A stretch of 64,000 bases of DNA, taken from the NCBI RefSeq assembly GCF_000735135.1, contig NZ_JPLZ01000002.1:224317-288316 (forward strand), written 5' to 3'. The position numbers and the translations under genes were made by a program. Numbering within the stretch: the first letter of the stretch is position 1; the number at the start of each line of letters is the position of its first letter. Positions 12,410-21,931 of the stretch are shown piece by piece. A model generated the notes under the pieces. That model saw nothing but the letters and a program-made list of their open reading frames with translations, was not told the DNA's origin and ran no database searches. The stretch is from Chryseobacterium sp. FH1. Its GTDB lineage: Bacteria; Bacteroidota; Bacteroidia; Flavobacteriales; Weeksellaceae.

Positions 12410-13828
12410 TTATTTACGGATTTCTTTCTCGATTTTTTCTATCATTTTTTCTGCATTTCCATTGGTTCCACCAAGACTGATCGCTTTTGTATAACTGCCT
12501 AATGCCAAATCGTACTGCTTATTGGTAAAATAGGCTTCTCCCAAACTATCGAATAGATTAGCATCTTTAGGAAATTCTTCTGTGGCCAATGTGAATATGA
12601 TTATGGACTCATCATTTTTTCCCAGTCTTAACAGTTCATATCCTAATTTATTAAGTTCACCTGAGTTTTCAAAACTGTAGTCATTTTTAGATTTTTCTTT
12701 GAGTGAGTAATAATGCTCAACAGCTCTATTCACATCTTTGAGAGATTCCTTTCTTATCGCTTGATAAACAGATTTTTTAGGAATATTATAATCTTTCCCT
12801 AACATCAAATCGTGTACAATATGTCCCAAATCCCAAACTCTATTGAGGTTGTTGGAAACTAGAATTATCGTCATATTATTTTTAAAATCGTTTAAAAAGA
12901 TGGATTCAAATTTATACGAAACGCCATTGTGCCTTTGCAATTCTTCCTTTTCAAAATATCTACCAAGTGAACCGCCTTCGTCTTTGGCGTAGGGATTATT
13001 CAACAGCGTTTGAAAGGATTCTTTGGATATTAAACGGTTATGATTCATCGCATCAATCCATTTGTATAAATCATTGATGTCAACCCAAAGCCATCCACTA
13101 ATGAAATTCATTTCCGGGCATCTGACATTGTCAAAATCATAGCAAGAGGTTCGATTTTTATAACCAGATTTGGGGTCAAAAACCGAATTTGTCATTTTCA
13201 AAGGTTTGACAATATTTTTAATGACAAATTCTTGGAATGACATTCCGCTTACCTTTTCGATGATTCTTCTTTGCAAAAATACGTTGCCATTGTCATACTT
13301 GTAATTGGTTCCTGGTTCAAACAATAAGCTATCACTGCTTCTCAAAATTTTCCAAGCATCTTCATCGGTTACTGTAGTCAAGCCTGATTCTATTTTAGGA
13401 ATACCACTGGCATAATTAATGAGATGACGTATGGTGACTTTCTCAGCCCACTTTGGTAACCCTAAATTAAATTTGGAAATGGGGTCATCAAGCTTCAGAA
13501 GGTTTCGTTCAACCAAAATCATTATGGAAACTGCATTAAATTCCTTTGCGATAGAGCCAATGTTAAATATTGATTTCTCAGTTAGAGCTGTCTGTCTTGT
13601 TTCATTAGTAAAACCAAATGATTTTTGATAGATGATTTTATTATTTTTAGCAACAAGGACATTTCCGTTGAATAAACCTCTTTCATAAGATTTTGCAATT
13701 ACAGAATCAATTTGATTGATATAAAACGATTCATTTTCCGATATGCCTCTATTTTTTAAGTCATTCACAGTTTGTGCAAAAGCTTTGATAGATAGAATAA
13801 GGATAATGATTAAATGTAGTTTTTTCAT
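12410..13828 (-). CDS. Serine hydrolase (beta-lactamase/PBP family) with C-terminal TPR repeats
   Basis: 472 aa; signal peptide; SxxK (GSIAKEF) and YxN (YDN) motifs; C-terminal TPR-like LGEAYFTNKQYDLALGSYTKAI. Confidence 0.75.
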   Translation of the reverse strand: MKKLHLIIILILSIKAFAQTVNDLKNRGISENESFYINQIDSVIAKSYERGLFNGNVLVAKNNKIIYQKSFGFTNETRQTALTEKSIFNIGSIAKEFNAVSIMILVERNLLKLDDPISKFNLGLPKWAEKVTIRHLINYASGIPKIESGLTTVTDEDAWKILRSSDSLLFEPGTNYKYDNGNVFLQRRIIEKVSGMSFQEFVIKNIVKPLKMTNSVFDPKSGYKNRTSCYDFDNVRCPEMNFISGWLWVDINDLYKWIDAMNHNRLISKESFQTLLNNPYAKDEGGSLGRYFEKEELQRHNGVSYKFESIFLNDFKNNMTIILVSNNLNRVWDLGHIVHDLMLGKDYNIPKKSVYQAIRKESLKDVNRAVEHYYSLKEKSKNDYSFENSGELNKLGYELLRLGKNDESIIIFTLATEEFPKDANLFDSLGEAYFTNKQYDLALGSYTKAISLGGTNGNAEKMIEKIEKEIRK

Positions 13829-13943
13829 TTTACGACTAATTTTTTAGTTATCAATATGACAACTCAGAAAAAGCTTTTATTACATACAGACCTGCAATTT
13901 TTTCATTTAATCAATATTAAAATGATGCAACCAAGAAAAAGGA

Positions 13944-13977
13944 AAAGCATTCCAAAATTTGGAATGCTTTTGTTTGT
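13944..13977. terminator. Palindromic hairpin, copy 2, near-identical to 12356-12389
   Basis: AAAAGCATTCCAAAATTTGGAATGCTTTTGTTTGT immediately 3' of the GLPGLI gene. Confidence 0.6.
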
Positions 13978-13979
13978 AT

Positions 13980-14801
13980 CTAATTGATCTCAATCGGATT
14001 GTTATAAGATGAAATCTGCTTTTTAAGTCGGGTTTCTTCTTCCTTTAGTTTCTTCATTAGTATCGCATCTTTTTCATCAAACATTTGCATCATCTGTCCC
14101 ATCGGATTGTTACTATATTCCTGCTGGCGTTTCAAGAAAGCTTTCTTTGTGATTTTTTTAGATATCATTCCCTGTTCTTCAAGATAATTGAGCTTGTTGG
14201 AATTGATGTTCTGTTTTAGTTTTTTATTGCCTTCCAAATTCCAAATGAAATTTTTTCCAGAATCTTCCATTTTAACGATCAGACCGGGCAAACCTGAAAA
14301 TTTATAAGGACCATCTTGAATCGGAATTTCCGAAGTGAACCAAGCCGTCCAACTTCTTCCTCCATAATCTGTTGTTGCTTTTTGCACGTTATAAGATCCT
14401 ATTTTTTCTTTATCTGATGAGATTTCCCATTTCAAATCTGGATTTTCATTATAGTTGTAATTTTCGGAAACCCCGACAATATCTTTATAATTGAGATTTC
14501 CTGATTTCAATTTAATGATTCTAAAACCAAGATGCGGAGGATTCGCAAACTTTGACATATCAAAACTAGAACCTAATTCTTTTTGTTTTTTGATGCTGGC
14601 TGTTAACAAAGAGTCATACTGTAGTTGCTTATAAGGCAAAAAAACCGACTCATCTTTTGCAACATCCAAGACCATCATTTCCTTCTCTGTCTTTACAGAA
14701 TCTTTGTTTGGCTTATAGGTCAATTCATAGTAAAACCGGTGAACTTGCGAGTTCACAGAAGTTAAAGTTACTAAAAAGGTTATGGTTAAAAGTTTCTTCA
14801 T
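13980..14801 (-). CDS. GLPGLI family protein
   Basis: 273 aa; signal peptide; contains the exact family-naming motif FSGLPGLIV. Confidence 0.7.
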   Translation of the reverse strand: MKKLLTITFLVTLTSVNSQVHRFYYELTYKPNKDSVKTEKEMMVLDVAKDESVFLPYKQLQYDSLLTASIKKQKELGSSFDMSKFANPPHLGFRIIKLKSGNLNYKDIVGVSENYNYNENPDLKWEISSDKEKIGSYNVQKATTDYGGRSWTAWFTSEIPIQDGPYKFSGLPGLIVKMEDSGKNFIWNLEGNKKLKQNINSNKLNYLEEQGMISKKITKKAFLKRQQEYSNNPMGQMMQMFDEKDAILMKKLKEEETRLKKQISSYNNPIEIN

Positions 14802-14804
14802 CGT

Positions 14805-15704
14805 CTATTTTAATTTAAGATTCTTATGCTGTGGCGGAAGCGGAACGTAGCCGTCATCATTGATGACTTTCGGGAACTCGTGGTTTTCCCATCTCGTTTT
14901 GGCTACCTCGATTTTTTCTTTTTCTGAGGAAACGAAATTCCAATAGATGTTCCGAGGTTCCGGAAATGGCTCGCCTCCGAAGATGTAAACCGTAGATTCT
15001 GGCTTCAAAATGAAATGACAAAGTTTTGCATCTTTCGCGATTAGGATGTGTTTCGGATTGTAAAGATTGCCTTCACTTTCTATGTTGCCTTCTAATATAT
15101 AAAGAGAAGATTCACCAAAAAGGTAATCCCCAAGAATGATTTCCTGATCTTCCACAGATGTATTTTTCACTTCCAGAAAGTAAAGTGGCGAATAGGTGGG
15201 AACCGGTGATTTGCGACCGAGGATTTCGCCTGCAATCAATTTGTAATCTACGCCATTGTCTTTCCAGCTCGGGATGTCTTCTTTATTGATATGAAAAAAC
15301 TCCGGCTCCATATCTTCCAATTCTTTTGGCAAAGCGACCCAAATCTGCAATCCGTGGAGATTCTTGTCGGTGGTTCTAAGATATTCCGGCGTTCTCTCGG
15401 AGTGTGCAACGCCTTTTCCTGCGGTCATCCAGTTCACAGCGCCTTCTTTGATTTCAATTTCTGTCCCGATGGAATCTCTATGCATAATGCTTCCTTCGAA
15501 CAAAAAAGTCAACGTGGAAAGTCCGATGTGCGGATGCGGTGGAACATCCAGATTTTCATAATCTTTGAGTGCCGCGGGCCCCATATGGTCGATGAAAACA
15601 AAAGGTCCAACACTTCTTTTCTGGGAAAACGGCAACAATCTGCCAACCAAAAAATTCCCAATATCTGCGGCGCGCTCCTCAATTATCATTTGAATATTTG
15701 ACAT
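14805..15704 (-). CDS. Pirin family protein
   Basis: 299 aa; cupin metal-binding motifs HPHIGLSTLTFLFEG, and a bicupin length. Confidence 0.85.
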   Translation of the reverse strand: MSNIQMIIEERAADIGNFLVGRLLPFSQKRSVGPFVFIDHMGPAALKDYENLDVPPHPHIGLSTLTFLFEGSIMHRDSIGTEIEIKEGAVNWMTAGKGVAHSERTPEYLRTTDKNLHGLQIWVALPKELEDMEPEFFHINKEDIPSWKDNGVDYKLIAGEILGRKSPVPTYSPLYFLEVKNTSVEDQEIILGDYLFGESSLYILEGNIESEGNLYNPKHILIAKDAKLCHFILKPESTVYIFGGEPFPEPRNIYWNFVSSEKEKIEVAKTRWENHEFPKVINDDGYVPLPPQHKNLKLK

Positions 15705-15810
15705 AATTTCTATTTTGATTTAAGATTTAAAATTAATGATTTTATAGTTACTATTTGTTTTTAGAAAGGTTATTCGGTTTTTTGTGTTTTTGGGACAAAT
15801 TGTTGTTTGT

Positions 15811-15950
15811 CTACTGAATCTGCAGCCCGACTTGAACGGAAATCCTTTTTTGCGTCATCTCAAGTTCTATTTAAAATGAAATCGTCTGCAAAAAAGATTG
15901 GGAGTGGAAGGCGGATAAAGCTGCCCAAATAAAAACGGTGATTCTGAGAT
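15811..15950 (-). repeat. Intergenic repeat element, copy 1 (minus orientation)
   Basis: Shares the blocks CTTTATCCGCCTTCCACTCCCAA and GTCGGGCTGCAG, read as reverse complement, with the elements at 24591-24805 and 62098-62315. Confidence 0.55.
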
Positions 15951-16039
15951 TGAAAATGACTTTCTGACAACAATTTTACTTTGGTAAAGTTTCTTACTAA
16001 TTGATTACCTTTGCCTACTTATAATTTTAAAACATATTA

Positions 16040-17521
16040 ATGGAATTAGCATTAAAAATATTTCAGTTCGTACTGAGCATTTCTATCCTTGTAACATTAC
16101 ACGAAATCGGGCACTTCTTGCCAGCGAAATGGTTCAAAACCAAAGTAGATAAATTCTTTTTATTCTTCGACCCGTATTTTTCCATTTTCGCGATGAAAAA
16201 AATCAACGGAAAATGGCAATATAAATTCCTTTCTAAAAACCAACCGACGGAACAAGAAGTTGAAATCGACGGGAAAACCGTTTTGGTCCCTATCGATGTT
16301 TCAAAACTTCCGGACAACGACTGGAGAAAACACGAAGGTGTGAAATACGGAATCGGATGGCTTCCATTCGGAGGTTATGTGAAAATCGCCGGAATGGTGG
16401 ACGAAAGTATGGACACGGAACAATTGAAAAAACCGGCAGAACCTTGGGAATTCCGCGCAAAACCGGCTTGGCAACGATTGATCATCATGCTTGGTGGTGT
16501 AACGGTCAATTTCTTTTTGGCTTGGTTGATTTTCGGTTCGTTATCCTATTTCTATGGCGAAGAAAATTACGATACCAACCGACTTGGTGGCAAGATGTAC
16601 TATTCTGAACCTTCTTTGAAAATGGGTTTTGAAAACGGCGATAAGATTTTGAAAGTTGATGGCAAATCGCAAAAGGATTTTGACAAATTATCTTTGGATG
16701 TTTTGTTGAGTGACAACATTACTGTTCTCAGAAACGGAAAAGAAGTGACTTTCCCAACTAGCGACGAAGGAAAAGCGATGGTGTTGCAAGCAGACGTTCC
16801 GAAAGCTTTCCTGATGCCGAGAATTGCGCCAACGGTTGACACAATTATACAGAAACCAACGCTGGATGCAGGTCTTAAAATTGGCGATAAGATCGTGAGC
16901 ATCGACAATCAGAAAATCGAGTACTACGATGAGTTAGCGCCGATCGTTTCCAAAAAAGCAGGCTCAAACGTTGATTTTGTTGTTGAGCGTGGGCAGACTT
17001 TGGTTCCATTGTCGATTCCTGTAGACAAAGAAGGAAAAATTGGAGTTAACTCCTACAAAGCCTACAAAAAAATGATGACGCTAAATCATTTTACTTTTGC
17101 GGAATCCATTGGCAGAGGTTACACAAGAACTATTGAGAGTTTGACTTATCAGGTAAAGCAATTCAAATTGATCTTCAACAAAACCATCAAAGGTTACAAA
17201 AAAGTTGGTGGCCCCATTGCGATCGTAAACAATATGCACGTGGACAAAACCAAAGATGGCGACCTGTCTATCAACTGGCAACAGTTTTGGTCTTTTACGG
17301 CTAAGTTTTCGATCTGGTTGGCATTCCTTAATTTGATTCCGATTCCAGGCTTGGATGGCGGTCACGTTCTGTTTACATTGTGGGAGATCATCACAAGAAA
17401 ACCAGTTCCGCAGAAAGTTTTGGAAAATGCGCAAATGGTGGGTGTAATTTTCTTGTTGGGGCTAATGGCGTTAATATTTGGAAATGATATAGTTAAGCTG
17501 ATAGTGCAAGCTATAGGCTAA
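16040..17521 (+). CDS. rseP: RIP metalloprotease RseP (site-2 protease)
   Basis: 493 aa; HEIGHF zinc motif in the first TM region, PDZ-like middle region, C-terminal LDGG motif. Confidence 0.85.
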   Translation: MELALKIFQFVLSISILVTLHEIGHFLPAKWFKTKVDKFFLFFDPYFSIFAMKKINGKWQYKFLSKNQPTEQEVEIDGKTVLVPIDVSKLPDNDWRKHEGVKYGIGWLPFGGYVKIAGMVDESMDTEQLKKPAEPWEFRAKPAWQRLIIMLGGVTVNFFLAWLIFGSLSYFYGEENYDTNRLGGKMYYSEPSLKMGFENGDKILKVDGKSQKDFDKLSLDVLLSDNITVLRNGKEVTFPTSDEGKAMVLQADVPKAFLMPRIAPTVDTIIQKPTLDAGLKIGDKIVSIDNQKIEYYDELAPIVSKKAGSNVDFVVERGQTLVPLSIPVDKEGKIGVNSYKAYKKMMTLNHFTFAESIGRGYTRTIESLTYQVKQFKLIFNKTIKGYKKVGGPIAIVNNMHVDKTKDGDLSINWQQFWSFTAKFSIWLAFLNLIPIPGLDGGHVLFTLWEIITRKPVPQKVLENAQMVGVIFLLGLMALIFGNDIVKLIVQAIG

Positions 17522-17606
17522 AAAAATTAAAAAAAGTTTCAAAAAAAGTTTTGGAGTTTTTAAAAAAGTTTCTATATTTGCACACGCTTAAAGCAAAAAG
17601 AAACAT

Positions 17607-17680
17607 TCCTCTTTAGCTCAGTTGGTTAGAGCATCTGACTGTTAATCAGAGGGTCGCTGGTTCGAGCCCAGCAAGAGGAG
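17607..17680 (+). tRNA. tRNA-Asn (anticodon GTT)
   Basis: Hand-folded cloverleaf: acceptor TCCTCTT/AAGAGGA, D-arm GCTC..GAGC, anticodon stem TCTGA/TCAGA with loop CTGTTAA, T-arm GCTGG TTCGAGC CCAGC, discriminator G; CCA is not encoded; followed by a hairpin/T-run. Confidence 0.85.
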
Positions 17681-17817
17681 CAAAACCATCACAGAAATGT
17701 GGTGGTTTTTGTTTTTATATAATATTAAATCTCACAACTACAATTTTAACATAGATTGGCAAAGAAATTGTGTAGTCCATTATGTACTTAATAACTAACA
17801 ATTTAAAACTGACCACT

Positions 17818-18033
17818 ATGAATATTTCTTACTACGATTTCAAAAATTTGCCGAATGAATCTCAGTGTGACATCGTTTTGAACCAAGGTCATCTGATGAA
17901 CGAAACCATCAAAAATGAACTGAAATTTGTTCTGTACGAGATTTCGTCCTTCACCGTTGAGATTGTTTACAATAAAAACAACAGGATTGCGTCGATGAAC
18001 GTCTTCCAAAACAAATCAGCCTACGCTAACTAA
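17818..18033 (+). CDS. Hypothetical small protein
   Basis: About 71 aa from MNISYYDF; no recognisable domain; sits directly downstream of the tRNA and is followed by a good terminator. Confidence 0.3.
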   Translation: MNISYYDFKNLPNESQCDIVLNQGHLMNETIKNELKFVLYEISSFTVEIVYNKNNRIASMNVFQNKSAYAN

Positions 18034-18038
18034 ATATA

Positions 18039-18070
18039 GAAAACACTATCAGATTTTGATAGTGTTTTTG
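18039..18070. terminator. Bidirectional rho-independent terminator
   Basis: AAAACACTATCAGATTTTGATAGTGTTTTTG hairpin between convergent genes. Confidence 0.6.
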
Positions 18071-18091
18071 CTTTCATAAAGATTCCGATTT

Positions 18092-20443
18092 CTAAAGTCG
18101 CTTCTGCTCGTCCGTCTTGTTTCCAGCCTTCGCCTCTTTCACTTTTTGATTTCCAAAATTATATTTCAGATTGATGATGAAATACCGCGTGTCCCGATAA
18201 TCCTTGAAATATTGATTCTGATTCGCATAATTTGTCGAAATTGTATTTCTATCTGTTTTGAAAATATCATTGAAAACCAATCCCGCTTCCAACTTCTTAT
18301 CAAACATTTTTTTATTAATGATAACGTAAGTATTCTGCGAAGAACTGATATCAAAAGAACCTTGAATCGTCTTCGAATTATAGACATAACCCACATTCAA
18401 ATCCCAGGTTTTTGCTTTGTCCAAAGTGATTTGTGTTGATAGATTCGTATTGTAGAAGAACACATCATTTTTGTAAAGGATTTGGTCCACGCCCAAAAAA
18501 TAATTTTCCTGAAATTCTCCCATCACAAAAACATTCAGCTTCCAATATGGCTTTATAGAGAAGCTTTTAGAAACATTCGCACCCACGTTTTTCCCGTGGT
18601 CGATGTTTGTGAAGTTATAGACCGTTTCAAAAGTTTCAGGATTTTGGATTGAAATTTCCATCGACGGGTCTTTGATGTAACTGAAATACGTTTCGAAGTT
18701 CCAGTTTTTCACCGTGTAAGTCAAACTCAAGTTGTGAATGATGGTCGATTTCAAATTCGCATCGCCTTGAAAATAAGAATACAAATTATAATAAGACCTC
18801 GATGGATTCAGGAAATCGTAATTCGGTCGGTCGATTCTTTTGCCGTACGAAAATCCCAATTGCTGGTCATCGTTCAAAGTGTACATCGCATAAAAAGTTG
18901 GGAAAAGTCCAGTTCGCGTTCTGTTGTTTTCAACTGTTGGATTGTCAGATTTTGTTTTGATAGCGGTTGTTTCCGACCTTAATCCAGCTTTTAGTTCCCA
19001 TTTTTTCAATTTATACTCTGATGAAACGTAAACGGCAAAAATATTCTCTTTATAATCAAACAAATTGCTTTTCAGAGGATTATAGATGATGGATTCCCGA
19101 GTTCCATCAAAAAAATCAAGGTCATTTTCATTGTGCACAAAACTATATTTAATTCCACCTTCCAATGTGAATTTTTCCTTTGTCAATCGGTAATCCAACT
19201 GCGAAGAGTACAGCGAAATGTCCTGCATATTCTTACTTCCAAATCGGTTGTAATCTTCAGGCTGGTCCACAAAATTGAGTTGCGTTTCAATGTCCTGATT
19301 TTCCTTATATTTTTTCGTACTGAAATTATTTGTCCAAGTCAAATTCTGGTCACCCAATTTCTTATCAAAAACCAGATAGGAATTAAAACTATTATTAAAC
19401 TCATTTTTCTGATTCGATGTCAAATAATTGGACTGCAATTGACCATCTTCCGTACTATAAATATTCGTCGGAACCTTGTAATGACCATTATTATTCGGGG
19501 CATTGTAGCCATCAAAACCAAACTGAACGGTTGACAAACTATCCAAACTGTATTGCCCGGCGAAATTGTAAATATGTTGTTCGTGCGCGTGCGTTTTCCT
19601 CGTCATATCGCTTTCCCAGCGTGTTTTGTCATTGTTAAAAGTGACGACATCGAAATTTTTCCGAACGTAATCGCCCGTCACAAAATTGTAATTCCCGCTC
19701 AGTTGCCATTTTCCCGTGTTGTAAGATTGCGCCGTTCCAATCATTCCTTTCGCATAAATCGATTGATGATAACGCGTCGAAATCCGTCCTTTGTAACCAG
19801 AAAGGACATTTTTTTTCATTTTGATATTAATGATGGCGCTTCCCTGAGCTTCATACTTCGCAGGCGGATTGGTGATGACTTCCACAGACGAAACGTTGTT
19901 GCCATCGGTGTTTTCCAAGAGTTGTTTCAATTGCTCCTGCGTCATCAAAGTTTTTTTATCATTAATGGTCACGATGATTTGCGAATTCCCACGAACACTC
20001 AATTCTTCATTTTTCACCAAGACATTTGGTGTGCTTTTCAAAATATCCCAAGCGTTCAGATTTTGAAGTGGCGTATTATCGATATTGAATTCCAATCGGT
20101 CGATTTGCCTTTTCAGCAAAGGTTTATTTGCTTTGATTGTGACAGCTTCGATGTTGTTCAAAGTATCTTTTTTAAGGATAATATTCAACGACAAATCACT
20201 TTCCTCGAGCGTCAATTCATAATCCCGAAAACCAGATTTTTTGATGATTAATGAAACTGGAAACGCTGAGATTCCATCAATCACAAAATTTCCTTGCGCA
20301 TCAGAATTGTAAATTTTATTTTCATTGATTTGAATAATGCCGTCCGAAATCGGTTCCTGATTTTCATTTTCAAGATGTCCTTTGATGCTTTGACTCCAAA
20401 CCAAAATTGGGAATATCATTAAAATTGTGATGTAATATTTCAT
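18092..20443 (-). CDS. TonB-dependent receptor-like outer membrane beta-barrel protein
   Basis: Real start probably MKYYITILMIFPILVWSQ (signal peptide); N-terminal carboxypeptidase-regulatory-like region followed by a plug and a long barrel. Confidence 0.7.
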   Translation of the reverse strand: MKYYITILMIFPILVWSQSIKGHLENENQEPISDGIIQINENKIYNSDAQGNFVIDGISAFPVSLIIKKSGFRDYELTLEESDLSLNIILKKDTLNNIEAVTIKANKPLLKRQIDRLEFNIDNTPLQNLNAWDILKSTPNVLVKNEELSVRGNSQIIVTINDKKTLMTQEQLKQLLENTDGNNVSSVEVITNPPAKYEAQGSAIINIKMKKNVLSGYKGRISTRYHQSIYAKGMIGTAQSYNTGKWQLSGNYNFVTGDYVRKNFDVVTFNNDKTRWESDMTRKTHAHEQHIYNFAGQYSLDSLSTVQFGFDGYNAPNNNGHYKVPTNIYSTEDGQLQSNYLTSNQKNEFNNSFNSYLVFDKKLGDQNLTWTNNFSTKKYKENQDIETQLNFVDQPEDYNRFGSKNMQDISLYSSQLDYRLTKEKFTLEGGIKYSFVHNENDLDFFDGTRESIIYNPLKSNLFDYKENIFAVYVSSEYKLKKWELKAGLRSETTAIKTKSDNPTVENNRTRTGLFPTFYAMYTLNDDQQLGFSYGKRIDRPNYDFLNPSRSYYNLYSYFQGDANLKSTIIHNLSLTYTVKNWNFETYFSYIKDPSMEISIQNPETFETVYNFTNIDHGKNVGANVSKSFSIKPYWKLNVFVMGEFQENYFLGVDQILYKNDVFFYNTNLSTQITLDKAKTWDLNVGYVYNSKTIQGSFDISSSQNTYVIINKKMFDKKLEAGLVFNDIFKTDRNTISTNYANQNQYFKDYRDTRYFIINLKYNFGNQKVKEAKAGNKTDEQKRL

Positions 20444-20629
20444 TTCATTAATTTTCTCCAAAATTGAGACAGTTTGCATCAAAGTTTTGTTAATGAAGGG
20501 TTAACGGACGGTTAATGCTATTTTTGAAAGAAATTTGATTGTATTTTTGACCTTAGAAAATTTTACACAAACCAAAGTCCCATCGGGACGACCATATCCC
20601 AACATAGGAATTCATTCCTATAAAGAACT

Positions 20630-21931
20630 ATGAATCGCAAGAGAAACATCACCATCATTTTGTTCACATTCAGCCTGATTATTTTGGTTGCGCTTCAGGC
20701 GTATTACATCCAAAACTCGTACAGACTGGAAGAGAAGGACTATAATAGGCAAGCGAAAGAAATCGCCGGTAAGGTAATGGACGAAATGGACAAATTCGAC
20801 ACCGATGCCAATGACAATCGACTTGTGGGTGATTTTGAACGGTTAAAATTGGGAGTTACTTTTCAGGATGAGCAAATAAAATTTCCCGATAAGATTTACT
20901 CATCAGAAATCCAATACAGCCAAAAAATGGAATCTCTACTAAAGAAAAATGTTGGAAATTCCGGATTTGAAATGGCGATGAAGAATGAGATTTATTCAGT
21001 TTTGGATGAATTGAAGAATGAAGAACTTCTTCCAAAAGGTAAATCGATTACGCTCTTCCAAACGATTAACAAGGTTGAAAAACCGATGTCGCTGACGGAA
21101 AGTATTTGGTCAAGCCACCAATCAAAAACCAATACTGATTTGAATGTTGATGAACGTTATAATTATTTGGTGAAGTCAAAAGCGACTTATCAATTGTTGA
21201 ATATTCAGTATTTGGTTTTGAGGAAAATTATTCCTTTAATTATCATTAGTTTATTGATTATAATTCTGATTATTTATTTGTTCAGAAACAGTATTAAAAA
21301 CTTAAATAGACAAGAGAAGAAAATCTCGCAACTTCACACCACCATCGATTCCATCGCGCACGAACTGAACACGCCAATCACAACGTTGAAATTTTCAATC
21401 GTCCAAACCTCAGATTCTGAAACCAAAGCTCTGCTGGAACGTCAAATCAAACGTCTGGAAAATATTGTAAAATCCATTCACCATTCGGATTCTGAGGATA
21501 TTTTGATTGATAAGATTGAAATAGAAAATTACTTTTCAAACATAAAAAAAACTTATAAAGACATTAACTTTAAGATTAATCTGGATTTATTTAAGAATAA
21601 AATTCTTCGTCAAACTGACTTCACACAAATGATGGACAATCTTATCGATAATTCAGTAAAATACGGCGCGAAGAACTTAGATATTATCATTAATGACAAT
21701 CTTGAAATCGAAATCTCCGACGACGGAATCGGAATTCCAAAAGACGATTTGAAATTTATTTTTGACAAATATTACCGTGTTTCCAGAACCGAAAACCTGA
21801 ACATCAATGGTTTGGGCGTTGGTTTATTTTTGGTGAAATCTATCGTTGATAAATACAAAGGGAAAATCTCTGTAAAATCCAATCCTGACAAAGGCATAAC
21901 TTTTAAAATCCAGATTCCAAATGAAAACTAA
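20630..21931 (+). CDS. Sensor histidine kinase
   Basis: 433 aa; two TM segments, H-box SIAHELNTPIT, C-terminal HATPase motifs (NLIDNSVKYG, GLGVGL). Confidence 0.8.
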   Translation: MNRKRNITIILFTFSLIILVALQAYYIQNSYRLEEKDYNRQAKEIAGKVMDEMDKFDTDANDNRLVGDFERLKLGVTFQDEQIKFPDKIYSSEIQYSQKMESLLKKNVGNSGFEMAMKNEIYSVLDELKNEELLPKGKSITLFQTINKVEKPMSLTESIWSSHQSKTNTDLNVDERYNYLVKSKATYQLLNIQYLVLRKIIPLIIISLLIIILIIYLFRNSIKNLNRQEKKISQLHTTIDSIAHELNTPITTLKFSIVQTSDSETKALLERQIKRLENIVKSIHHSDSEDILIDKIEIENYFSNIKKTYKDINFKINLDLFKNKILRQTDFTQMMDNLIDNSVKYGAKNLDIIINDNLEIEISDDGIGIPKDDLKFIFDKYYRVSRTENLNINGLGVGLFLVKSIVDKYKGKISVKSNPDKGITFKIQIPNEN

